This document shows positions 27,077-39,100 of a stretch of DNA of 64,000 bases, one piece after another. The DNA comes from Ophelia neglecta. Lineage: Eukaryota. The stretch is from NCBI GenBank assembly GCA_965285935.1, contig OZ260662.1, forward strand, positions 25,234,001 through 25,298,000, in the 5' to 3' direction. The position numbers and the translations under genes are program-made. The notes beneath the pieces are model-generated. The model had not been told where the DNA came from, searched no databases, and was given only the letters and a program-made list of their open reading frames with translations. The first letter of the stretch is position 1. Each line of letters opens with the position of its first letter.

Positions 27077-27599
27077 TTCATCAAACAGTTCTTCCTAAGT
27101 TATTTGTCGAAACCGATCTGAGACACAAAAAGACTGCATAGCATTACGAAAGCCAAACAAAAATGGAGTCAAGTGATATGAAATAAATCAAAATGAATGT
27201 TTATACCGTTTACACATATAAAAAAATAAGGTTGGGCCTGTTAGAATCTCATATTTAGCCGACGATTGTAATTGTGAATAAGTCTGTCACCAAGTATAAA
27301 TGGTTATGTAATAAAAATATTATATCCCTTGCAGTAAGAATGACTTCACAGTTGTCCATCATGTGCATCGAATCGTTAAGTGAAGGGACGTGCCGTTCAT
27401 TAAGCGGTGTGGTTGGTTGAGGTGGAAAAGAGGGAAAGGTGGTGGTAGGAAGGGGGTGGGGTGAAGAAGATAGCTTTGTTTCTTTCTATGTAAAATATAA
27501 ATCTACATTTTTTTGTCGACTCATCGAGAGGGACTAGTTTTGCTTTCTATTGTCATATAGGTTTCCCCATTCACAACGAATCCTGTAATTTACCATTGT

Positions 27600-28260
27600 T
27601 TTATAGTTTCTTGGTTTTAAAAATAATAATTGTAAAATGCCAGGACGGCGTACAGTTTCTTCAGGCCAGTTTGTACAGGCAAGCAGTGGTTACTTCCCTA
27701 ATCTACATAGCGTAATAGCTGAATTACAGAGCAAGTGAGTGATGTGAGTTCCCAGCAGAGTGACTAGTTTTAAATGTCCTATACAGTGAACACAATTGTT
27801 GGAGGAAATATCTTCACGCCAATCCTGTATATCCAGGTCGGTGAACCTGAATTCAATATGTTTTCTAATCATGGGGTTCGTATTCTCATGCCTCTGCCTC
27901 TGAGAGCAAATATATTGTTGAAGTCGCTCCTTTCAGGCGTAGTCTTAATAGAGTTTAGCCATGGGCTTATGGACATCCCTGTCTCATGTAATCTATTTAG
28001 ATAATTAAGGACAGCAAAGCTTAATTTTGAAATTTTCCCCTGTGCTAGCCGAGACCAAAATGTAACCATCCTCAACTTAATAATGACATCCATCAGATGT
28101 ACCAGTTGGGTTATATCCCATGTTTTTTATGCCATGTTAACAACGTATTTACAAAATCGCAATTGTAACCGCTCAACCGCGACATGTATTAAACTAGGGC
28201 AAATATACCATAGCAGTAAGTTCAGAATTATGTATGCAGTCCTAATATAATGTGGGTAAC
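27600..28260 (-). mobile_element. Degraded non-LTR retrotransposon 3' fragment (RTE-X-like), same type as 56417-57608
   Basis: LQLRFCKYV...MDVIIKLRMVTFWSRLAQGKISKLSFAVLNYL...SPWLNSIK...DLDIQDW aligns with the 56.7-57.1 kb LINE protein; frameshifted. Boundaries approximate. Confidence 0.8.
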
Positions 28261-28269
28261 CTAGACACG

Positions 28270-28530
28270 ACTAGTTTATAGTTTTACAATAGATTTATTC
28301 TAGCTTTCTGTAGTTTTACTATATGCCTATGTTTACAATAATATACTTTAGTTTACAAAATTGTACGACGGTAAAAGTTTAGTGTTTGCCCTGTACTTTT
28401 TCCTAAACTAAAGAATTTCTATAGTTTATTACGGTTTACTACAGTTCTACCAAATGTTTACTATGATTTACCATACAATATTTCATTATAGTAGTGTCTG
28501 CCCTGTAGTAATAACCCAACTATAAGTATT
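28270..28530. repeat. Degenerate short-period repeat (GTTTTAC/GTTTACTAT-like units), possible MITE remnant
   Basis: Recurrent GTTT(T)AC units and CCCTGTA twice; no clean terminal repeats identified. Confidence 0.4.
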
Positions 28531-30792
28531 AATATACTGTCGGCAGTTTGAAAGTCCATTAGAAAGTCGCCATTGTAAATATCTGTTTCACAAGAAAACC
28601 CCTAAGACAATTATGGGACTGTAGTACCCGACCTCTGAATCAATATATATATTGTATATTGGATATTGGAGTTTAACGACACATAAGCACCTTGCCCGCC
28701 ATTTAGTGTGGCCATTAGCTAGAAAAGAGGCATAGGCATAAACACAATACGTCCCTCTGCAATTCAAATATCCAAACATATTTCATATGTTCAAATAAGA
28801 ACTAGTGTTTATTTTAGTGTCTATATACGCTATTTTAACCTAAACCACAACATCCGAAGATACATACCGTTATCTCACTAGACAAAGATGTTAGATTCTT
28901 TGCAATGATCTCTTCTTATTCTTTGCTGAAATGCTGAAATCCTAATATCTTAAAGCTGATGAAAGACACATCCGAGTTACACAAGTTTCCTTTAAAAGGT
29001 AAAAAATCGATCTCTAGGTTCACGCTTTGACGGAGTTGCCTAAAGTCCCCATACACATTATCCGTAACTGTTTTATGTTAAGTCTAAAGCTTAAAACAAA
29101 GCATTTGAATGGCACTGTTGAGGTTGGCTGCATTTACAAGACTGCAACTGCATTTTTTAACATCTTCATGACCCTCATGACCAGTCAAGGAAATCATTTT
29201 CCTGACTGAATGCATGTTGAAACACATAAGAACGTAAGCTTGAGTGACATAATTCATTATTCTTGAAAGTATTGCAGCTTGCAATATTTCAAGTTACGTC
29301 AAAGCGAAATCATGAGACTGCCCCAGTAATAATGGTATATAAATGATTTTCTATTGGTCGAGCGTGTTCAGTGACAATAAAGCAAGGCTGGTTCAGTTTG
29401 TTGACAACACAATTGATTGCATCATTGAGCATATTTAAAGCCTATATCATTTTATTTAGAATACAATTACCTTCGACGTGCTTCTGTGTTGTGTTGAACT
29501 AAGAACTTGAGAAACATATTTCTTTAGTTTCTAAGTTGTGTGATATGTTCGAATCCTTTGTTTTTTAGCCTGACATTGGATGGTAAGGTTGATAAAGTTG
29601 AGACCATTGGTGTTTTGGAGCTCGTCTTTTTTCTCTTCAATATCAATATACACATATTGGCTTTCAAAACAAAATAGCATTCCATTTTAAGTATTTTTGC
29701 AAAGCAGTTGGTTTGGAGTAACTAGACTGAAGTTAATAGGGTAGGGTTATAACTACCTATGGTCGTAGGAATGACCGTGGTCTTTAGATAAACGGACAAA
29801 CACTCGACACCATACAGTTCAAGTTTGGTAAAGTATATTATATTGTGTTGATGAGATTCATATATTTGGATGAAGTAAAATGGATAAAACAGAAGTCAAA
29901 GGCGTTTTTGAGCACATGATGTAACATCCGGTTTAGAAAATAAAGTTGCTTTACAATGCAGTGAGACAAATACGCTACCTCCCATGCGTATCTTTGCTTA
30001 ATGTGTACCGCCCCAAAGTGTTGTGTTTCACTGAGGTTTTCTATGTGTGAGTTTTTATATGTGCGAGTTTTGACCTAAAACAAATTGATAGAATTAATAG
30101 CCTATATGTTCCAATCAATGAATTAGCATTTTATGTGAAGTCGCATTGCCCTCAGTCAGATTTGTGAACACCAGGATTATGTGGCTCTTATTGATGCCGG
30201 GAAATAGAAAAATTGTGTCTTTTGACTGTCTTTTATTTTGGAATAAACAAAGTTCTCAATGAGAACACAATGCGCGGCATTATTAAAAAATGTAGATAAA
30301 AAGTATATATATATATATTATATATATTTATAATAAAGCGATTTTCAAGAATGTGTCTAACTGAAATGAAATATATCACCTATGATTCTAAATATGGAAG
30401 GATATTCTCTATATTGGCGAACTCCAAGGGCATATGTCACATTTACTGTGCGTTGAATATTGACTCGATTATTATTTTGATCTGACTCCCATCAGGTCAA
30501 ACAGGTGACTATCTAATTTAAATTTGTTTTAGAATACTGTACCAAGCTTATTTACAATTGTTTCCCAGGTAGTCTTGTTTTTGTAAATGTAGCATACAGT
30601 TACTGATAAATTCGGACCGATGAATACTTCCTGGTAAATGATGTTGCAATGTTTGCCCGATATCCACTCCCGATTTGGTACATAAATACTCGTCATTGAC
30701 TTTAAATGTATACAGAACGAGATCCACATGGCTCGGCGAAAAAAACCTAGCTACGAAGGATATGTGACCCTAGTACAGACTACATGCTATAC

Positions 30793-30874
30793 CTTCGCAG
30801 CGAGACATATAACAGTGGCGGCATCAATCCCTCTTATATGCGTGGTGGTCACAGTCGCCTTCCATGAACGTGCC
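30793..30874 (-). pseudogene. Orphan SLC43A3-like exon-4 fragment
   Basis: ARSWKATVTTTHIRGIDAATVICLAAK followed by GT donor, versus copy A exon 4 ARSWKATVTTMFTGGIDAGTVIYLAVK; acceptor, first 11 nt and neighbouring exons missing. Confidence 0.85.
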
Positions 30875-31084
30875 ATGAATTTTTTCAGTTAACGAACCAG
30901 ACGCCTCTTTATATTTCCAACCTTTTAATTCAACGTGATTGGACTAGACTAATTAAGCATGATGAGATTCATGTCGATTTGCCCAATAAAACCAAAGGCA
31001 TGTCAAATAATCGAAATGTAGCTGAATTATGGCGCCACGAGAGTTTGTTTCACAGTACCAGTCAACATTTCTATCTATATACAA

Positions 31085-31490
31085 TTACTCCTCATATTGA
31101 ACTTTAATAACAGTGCTAAAATCATCTAACATGGGACCAAAATATTTTACATTGGTTTGTGACATCAAACATTTATCTTTATACATATCATTTGGTTTTT
31201 CACACATTGACAATTTCCTTTTAGAGCCAAATAAGATGCTCTCTGTGTTGCCAATATGTAGAGACAATTTATTTAATAATATTCATTGACTTAGTGCCTC
31301 AAGTCCAGTACCAAGACTTTGTTCAATTATAAATTAGCTTTGGCAGAGACCATCAAGGCCGAGTCATCGGCAAACAAGACGAGCTTACACTTAATGGAAA
31401 CTGGCATGTCATTAATTAAAAATAAAAGGGGGCCGAGAATTGACTTCTGTGGCACACACTACTTATTGACATGTCACTGGAAAACCGTTT
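31085..31490 (-). mobile_element. L2/Crack-like LINE RT fragment (downstream half of an interrupted element)
   Basis: VPQKSILGPLLFLINDMPVSIKCKLVLFADDSALMV...LSLHIGNTESILFGSKRKL...VKYFG (RT motifs, FADD). Confidence 0.85.
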
Positions 31491-31499
31491 AAAACAGTC

Positions 31500-32586
31500 T
31501 TTGACTTGGGTATTTGAAACGAAAGGATAACTATGCAATAGATACACCATTTAAGCCGACATCCTCTTACCAAATAGGATTTATACAATACTCTTGTACT
31601 GCCTCACTTAAATTATTGCATTGTTGCCTGGGGTTTGGAGGGAAATAGAATTAGACAATTGCAGAAAAGAGCTATCAGAACCATAACATTAAGTAAATAT
31701 ATAGCACATACCGAACCTCTCTTTAAAGAGCTTAAAGTACTAAAAATTGAAGACTTGTACTATCTACAACTACTTAAATTTTATTATAAATTATCACATA
31801 GTTACCTGCCTACGTATTTTGCCATTTTTCATTTATATCTTGCTTCTGATGTACACAGTCATGACACTAGAAATAAAAACAAATATTACAGCTCTCTAGT
31901 AAGCAATGAATTTTCAAAGAAATGTGTAAGATATAGACTGGTGTCGGTTTTGAACGATGTTCCAGATGCGGTTAAAAGCAAACTTTCCACTCACAGTCAA
32001 CATGGTTTTTCAAACTAGGTTAAAATGTTTCTTATCGATAAATACGAAATAGTATGTAACATCGAAATTTGTTATGTTTGTAGAACTGTTGCCATATAAA
32101 CCAGACAGGCATCCTCTGTAAATTGCTAGAATGTTCTGTAGCATTTTCCACTTCCTTTTGTATTTGAGGTTGGATTATTTATGGACTATCGTACAGTTTT
32201 TGTTTTATATTCTTGTGTGTCCTTTTGTTCTGTCTTTTATTTCTTTTTCTTTGTTTTATGTACAATTTACTCTCATGTTTGAGGATATAACCAATTGCCA
32301 TTGCTTTAATGTGTAACTTTGATATCAATTTATCCACTATTATTTGGTTTAACTAATTTCTTTTATTTGACTAACCCATTTCATTTGTACAAATACAATA
32401 TCCACTAGGGTGGCTCTCATGTCAGTAATGACTTAATGGGGGTCTCCCTGGCCTTATCCATAACTATATTTACATGTACATATATTATTATGAATGTTCG
32501 TCAATTTTTGTAACATTTGTAAATACTCTATTCATTTATGTAATCATTTAAAGGTCAAATAAATTGTTCTGATTCTGATTCTGATT
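31500..32586 (+). mobile_element. 5'-truncated L2-group LINE with (TTCTGA)n tail, nested in the minus-strand LINE
   Basis: LYNTLVLPHLNYCIVAWG...LQKRAIRTITLSKYIAHTEPLFKELKVLKIEDLY; AATAAA at 32558 then TTCTGA x3. 5' boundary approximate. Confidence 0.88.
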
Positions 32587-33100
32587 TCATGGTTTACACT
32601 ATCATGGGCCTTCTGCAAATCTAATAACAGTATACCAGTCAAATCGTCCTTGTACATATTTAATTTGATAATATCTGCTAAAATTATTATAGCAATTTCA
32701 TTAGAAAAGCTACATCCAAAGCCTGGTTGATATGATACATAATATTGGTTTTAGCAGGAATTTATTTACCTGATTATAACTTGCACGTTCAAGAATCGGA
32801 GACAAGACAGGGAATATGGATACAGGTCACAGTTTTACAGTTATCCGGATCACAAGAATCTCCCTTATTATTAAGGGGAACCACCTTAGCCTTTTTGTCA
32901 TGACAGGTACACTGAGGTCTCAATTGACAAATTCAGAATAAAAGTGACGGAATCAGTTAATAAATCAGTAAATTTCAAAAACCAAGATGGAATGTCATCA
33001 AGACCAATGGCCTTCTTAACATTTATACTTTACAAATTTACACCCAGTTGTTAACACATTCACAAGAGGGCAGGTAGAAATATTTAGCAATCATTCACCT
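32587..33100 (-). mobile_element. L2/Crack-like LINE RT fragment (upstream half of the interrupted element)
   Basis: KKAIGLDDIPSWFLK...ILNLSIET...GILLLDLQKAHDSVNHE, ending at the TTCTGA tail of the nested element. Confidence 0.8.
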
Positions 33101-34877
33101 TATTGACCGGAATATAGCCAACATCATTGGCTATAAATATAATATACAAATCATGAGTAGAGAATATGAAATCCATGTCAAAAGCTAGTGTTCTATCAGA
33201 GTCGCCTAATATGAATTAAGTTACCCATAAACAAAGCCAGTGCAAAGTTCGGATGATTAGGTTAAGGTTGGATTATAAAATGAGTCATATTGTAGATTAT
33301 TTTGCGAGCGCTTTTGCTATTGTCGGGACTTCCGCTTTCCGGTTACCCAAAGCCTATAATGAAGGTTCCTTTTTAAGGCCATTTTAAATGTATTGACAAC
33401 TCAGTGACAACAATAAGATGTGCGAAAAAAAAATTATTCAAATATTTTGTTTTTAATTTCCATGTGAAATGTCACATATTCATCAATTTATTGTGTTCGC
33501 AGGATTTATACTAATTTTAGTGGGTGGTCTTTCAATTTGATTTTTGTTTGTAGTTAACTTCGATGAAGACGGGAAATATCAAGGTGAGTACAGTTATAAC
33601 CAGCATTACTCCGTTAACCTGGAAATAAAAGGACTAAGTCATTCGAAGAAGCTAACTGTCATCTGGCCATATTTCTCGGTTTTTCACGATTTGAGATACA
33701 ACTTTCATATCGAACTGACATCAAACTTTAAATGTACAATTGGGGAGTATGAGAAATTATAGTGTTAAGATGCATACGGTTACAATAAGTATGTATTATG
33801 TATTCATTATGTGGTAACAATAGGTTGATTTTAAGCCCAAAACAACAGGCATCATTTGACAGCTGAACATAGGGCCACCTAAGTATCTTACTTTATGATG
33901 GTCCGATTCGTTGCAGAAACCTTCTCATCAGATGCAACACAGTAGCAGAGAGCGTTGTTATCCAACATTTATTATAGAAAAGGAAAGTTGAGATTCAAGG
34001 AACTGCGCACTTACTTGTAAATTAGGACTCAACTGAATAATTTCTTTCTCGCTGACATCATAAGTATAACCATGTGATACACGTAAATATTTTTCAGATG
34101 ATTTTTTTCACTATATGGCTGACTTACCACAAGAAATACTGCAGAGAACCAATAGCGGCGGCCACGAGATACGTGAAACCCAAACACTTTCCACTTACTG
34201 CAGTTGGAAAACTAGACAAAACAAAATAACACGTTACTTGATAAATAATGCTTCGAATTAAATAGACCAAAAGCAGAAACAACGGAGCAGTTTGAACAAG
34301 GCGCGTCTTTTATGAAGATCAAATACAAATATATTTCAAGGGCAGAACCACTAATTTACTCATCGAGTGCCATATTATAGGTGCCTTTTTACAGTAAATT
34401 TGTCATTGTTTACACATTTATATTCATAACATGTTGAGAGATACTTTCTCTATTTTCACATAGCAAATCGAGCATTTATTAATGTTACACCTTCTTGAAC
34501 AAATTGAGGAAACTCACACAAGGTTCACATAAACAAACAGGTTTCCAAACAAGAAGGTTCGTTAACAAGTTAGAACTAGAAAATTAAAGTAGACCATGGC
34601 GTCAGTATGGAAAAATGCGATAACAGAGACAAAATGGCGAATGCCGATCCAATCCAGAGAGACGGTGAAATTGCTTTCGCCATTGGCAGGAAAGGAACAT
34701 TCATTTCCAAACCTAGGTAGTAGAGTGAAAATAAAACTGAAACTTATAACACCGGCTCATTGCATATTACTGTGTTAACACTATTAAGGCCATGAGTAGT
34801 AATAAAAAATTTACGCTTATGATTACATGTTCAGCTTATAATATATATATCAATTACGGTATTTCAAATGTGGTTAC

Positions 34878-35110
34878 AGTTACAAGTACGCATCACAGTG
34901 CTGTGAGCTTTCCCCATCGAAAGCATGGTTTTACTAGCTACATCCAAGCACAATGGTTAGAGTCGCCGGTATCGCTGGGCTAGGTGAATGGTACCGCAAG
35001 GGTTGTGGGTTCGAGTCCCAGCCAGGTCACAACCACATTTGAAATTTCAAAAAACCCAAAAAATTGAAATTGTCGCTAGGATTTCCGCTGTAGGTTTGAA
35101 AAGCCATGTG
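34878..35110 (+). mobile_element. tRNA-derived SINE-like element with a 5' hairpin leader
   Basis: A-box-like AGCACAATGGTTAGAG (~34948-34963) and B-box GGGTTCGAGTCCC (35007-35019); no complete cloverleaf; 3' boundary uncertain. Confidence 0.65.
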
Positions 35111-35454
35111 GCCCTGCCTATAATGAGAAAATATATCCTGCCACGATTTCAATATATATGTAAATTACGGTATAATACAAAAACTGTCAAATGGTAATCT
35201 CAATAGTCCTCGCAACTAATTACTTAGTACATTCCGTTGATAATTGAATGAGTCTATTGTATATCTGATTTGCATTCCGTGCTCACCCATGCGCTTTTTA
35301 ACAAGCATCATTTGTAAAGGAACATACTGAAAAACAAGGAAAGCAATGTAAAATTGTACTAAAATACGCGGATGAGTTCGAAAAATATCAGCAAAACATT
35401 AGAGCTGCTTCTTAAGGTTATTTAGTCATTTAAAATTGTCCGTAATAAGACTAC

Positions 35455-35901
35455 GCATTAGTAATAATGGAACCGGGATTCATTGACAAATACCTCTTTG
35501 GACATTATAGTTTGTTATGACAGACAGCCATGTATTCAAACTGCAATTCATACACTAAGCCAATCACTTGGTCCCAGCATGGACAAACCAATTCCTATAG
35601 CCACTAATCAACTGTCTAAATGGGCTCAGACGGGTGGAAATTTGGGGTTGCCATCACCTGATAGGTTTGCGCTGCAGGCAGCTCTCCATAGCTGTTGATT
35701 TTGCTTACAGTTGACAGGTTAATTCTGTCTATTTACTTCTTTCTATTTACAATATCACATCCACAAAACCGCACAAAATAAACCAATTCAGTTAATATTA
35801 ATTGCTTTACTGCATAAGTAATTATGGAAAGGGGAATAATTGACAAATACCTCTTTGAACATTATACTTTGTAATGACAGACAGCCATGTTTTCAAACTG
35901 C
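35455..35901. repeat. ~90-bp direct duplication of the exon-6 3' end and donor in pseudogene B (35455-35544 and 35812-35901)
   Basis: TTGACAAATACCTCTTTG.ACATTATA.TTTGT.ATGACAGACAGCCATGT.TTCAAACTGC occurs twice. Confidence 0.85.
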
Positions 35902-36189
35902 CAAGGAAGAAAAAAACCTAAGCTGAAGCAAAGCAAACCAGACGACCATTAACCAAAAATAAGGCGTCCGTAAACACGTCCCAAAGGTCACTTCGGATGT
36001 AGGTTCAGGGTAGGGAAGACGATTTACCGTAGATTTCTTTGCTACAAAATAATACAAACTTTGGGGTATTGTGGTAACAATAGAAAAAGACAGAGAACCT
36101 TGATTCCTACAGGAATGAAACTTGAGGAGTTACAAGTACGCATGACAGTGCTGCGAGCTTTCCTCAGCGAAAGCATAGTTTAATAGTTA

Positions 36190-39100
36190 TTTAATTAGAG
36201 GACCCGGACGAGGACGAACACTTTCCTGCAACGCAAACGGAATTGGATATATTAGAATGCATTAAAAACAAATATGGTAAACTGCCCGGCGAGCTATTCG
36301 CGCAGACTTTAGCAAAAGAATTTACAACTGTTGATTTACGACACATCAGATCGGGATTGTATGACCTGGGCGTCACAAATATGATTTTTCCCAAGGATGG
36401 GCTTATATCAAGGAAAAACAACAAAAAGCAATCTAAATAGGAAATTGGCCGAAGATATCCACACACTTTACCAGTTTCATGAATGTGAAACGACTATTGA
36501 CATGAGCAATGTAGTGTCAACCAAATTCAGGCAACAACTGAAAGAGTCTATATCTGAGCTAGATACCAGCATGAACAACAGTGATTTTCAAACTAATGCT
36601 CAAGGAGTGTCAACGCCCGGCATTCCATCAACACCGGCGAGACACGTGATTCACTGCCCTGAAAACCTGTCAACACGGGGGGAACCTCAAGTAAGGGAAA
36701 AAGCGAATCACGACTCAACTTTGCTGGAGGACTTGCTTACCTGAAAAGCGAGTTAACGCCTGCCATTCAACGTCTGAATGCTCTGGAAGCGACTGACTAT
36801 CGGTCCCTGATAAATGACTTAGAGCAGCTCAAAAAGGAACTACTTAAGGAAAAGTCCATGATATCTCACCTCCAAAAATGTATTGACAACAAAGACGTAG
36901 AAATAATGAACCTAAAACAGAAAATAGCCACAATGGAAAAAAGCTATGGAACAAATTCACAAGATGACCTCGAAAGGTAGCTCAAAGGCAGACCTGAATA
37001 CGCTATAAGGGTGAATTTGGAAACCAAATCTGAGCTATTAGAGTGCATTAGCTACCAAGAAGCACACATGAAAAGTTTATCGTGATTTGTGTATGGGCGG
37101 GATTTCTTCCCAAAGCTACCATGGTACCCGCCTCCCATGAGACCCGATATCATATGACCGCCCGCTCCTGGTCGAAGATCGGGTGAACCTCTCGGGAGAG
37201 AGGCGTTTAATGTGCAACCGCAACCACACCAACCGGCCGAAAGGCCAAACCAACAAAAACAGCAGGAAGTAAGACTGCAATTCCGAGTTGGAACAACCGG
37301 AAGACACCGCCACACCACGGAGACCCGTCATTGGTCAAATTGTTCCTAGGCAACTTGACTGATAAAGCAAATCCAACAGTCATCAGCGATCATATACGAA
37401 GGAAAAACAGTCGGAGAAGTAAGAGTTATAAAAAGTAAGTGTTCGAGTGGCTATGCGGCCATTATTGAGGCTCTACCGGAAGCAGCTGTTGAGGAGATGA
37501 TAAGAGGTGACTTTTGGCCTGGTAGTGCTTATTGCAGACTTTGGATTGAGCGCGGAACAGCAAGGAACCACCAACGACGTAATCACAATGCGAGCGATCA
37601 ATGGACTTACGATGGCTTTAAACAATAAGCTAATTTTGGCAGCCTATAACTGCCAGGGTCTCCTCCGCAGCATGACTTATACGAACCACCTACTGAATGT
37701 TTTAAAACCGGACATTCTGTTTCTCTCAGAACACTGGCTACGCGAAAGTGTGAGCGAAGTTCTGAATCAAATCCACAATAACTACGAAAGCAAGGGAAAA
37801 TTTGACCGGCGTAACGAAGTTTTAGACCCCAGCCGCCCAGGTAAACGATATATGGGAGGAACAGCCTTTTTGTGGAGAAACTCACAGCCCATGTCAGAGA
37901 CATTCCTCACGACCATGACATAATAAAAATAATGGAACTAACCTATCCTACTTAGTCCTAATTGGAGTATATCTCCCCTCCTCGGACCAAGGCGTCGAAC
38001 CCTTCTAGGGTGTTCTCAACGAAGTAGAGGCTCTCTATGATTACTACTCCTCAAACCATGAGGTAATCTTAATGGGCGACTTCAACTCGAACATTAGCGG
38101 TGACCGCTTTACCTGTCATATAGATTCATATATATTGCGGAAAAGACGAGAGGCCGCTGACTACCTGTTATGGTCACGGGATCTAGTTTCGTGGATGGTA
38201 CAGTGCGGATATATTGGTCCACCATACACAAGGGAACCCTGTCAGGATGGAACCCGTACACTTATCGATCACATTATCAGTCGGCGACGCTTATCAGACA
38301 CTATTACAGAATCTTGTATTATTGATGATCACCATCTCAACGTGTCCGATCACCTGCCAGTTTGTGTGAGCCTGGCCGTGAAACCCTTGGTGAAGTCCAC
38401 CAAGAAACCCAAAAATATCACGAAGTCCCTCAACTGGCGGAAAGCTGTGCGTTCTCAACTCACGCTGGCGTATGAGAACGAACTGACTCAGACCCTGAAC
38501 AGCTTACCCGAGTCCGTCATGGAGAGCCATCGACCGTGAGTACTCCGCCATGGTCGACTGCCTCCAGAGTTGTGCGGTAAAACACATCCTAGTGAAGTAA
38601 TTTTTTCCACATATAAAACCATACTGGAAAAAGCAGGACCTAAATCATCTCCATGACAACATGAAAAACCTGCGGCTGACGTGGCTACAGCAAGGTCGGC
38701 CCAGGGGTCGTCAGCACAATACAAGTCATTCTGTGACTACAAAGAAGCCAAAAGAAGTTTTCGAGCCGTACAGAGACGACTTACTGAGTATCGCTGCCAT
38801 GGAAGCCGACTTTTATCACGAGGTGGACGAAGCGGCCGAGCATGATCAGGAACAACTATGGAGACTTATTAACTGCCGGCGCAACAAAAACAAGCTTAAA
38901 GGCCACGAACTCTGTATAGAAAATCGTATTGTGAGAGACCCCAACGCCGTAAGGATGGTATGGGCGGAACACTTTAGTAAGCTGTTTGACTTTCTTATAG
39001 ATCCCGAATTCGACGTTCAGCAGAGGGCAGACGTTGAACAAAAATTGGCGGAAATTAAGGTCGGGGCAGCTATCGAGGAGGACCCGATAATGGATACTCC

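Larger units (their letters stand above)
33480..36041 (-). pseudogene. SLC43A3-like pseudogene, copy B (3' exons only)
   Basis: Exon 6 at 36041-35851 (191 vs 192 nt), exon 8 at 34712-34518 (frameshifted), exon 9 at 34211-34128 (84 vs 118 nt), exon 10 from 33618 (VNGVMLVITVLTLIFPVFIEVNYKQ, early stop). Exon 7 barely recognisable; exons 1-5 not found. Confidence 0.88.

Noticed and set aside
34895-34930. Hammerhead ribozyme (CTG.GA...GAAA)
   Set aside because: Core lacks the CUGANGA spacing in both copies, and GAAA is sequestered in the stem.
34936-35030. Functional tRNA gene
   Set aside because: A and B boxes present but no convincing acceptor or anticodon stems; treated as SINE-like.
37612-37628. 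TTTAAAC slippery heptamer in the LINE ORF1/ORF2 overlap
   Set aside because: Phased T_TTA_AAC in the ORF2 frame, so a -1 slip would run into the ORF1 stop; ORF2 has its own ATG.
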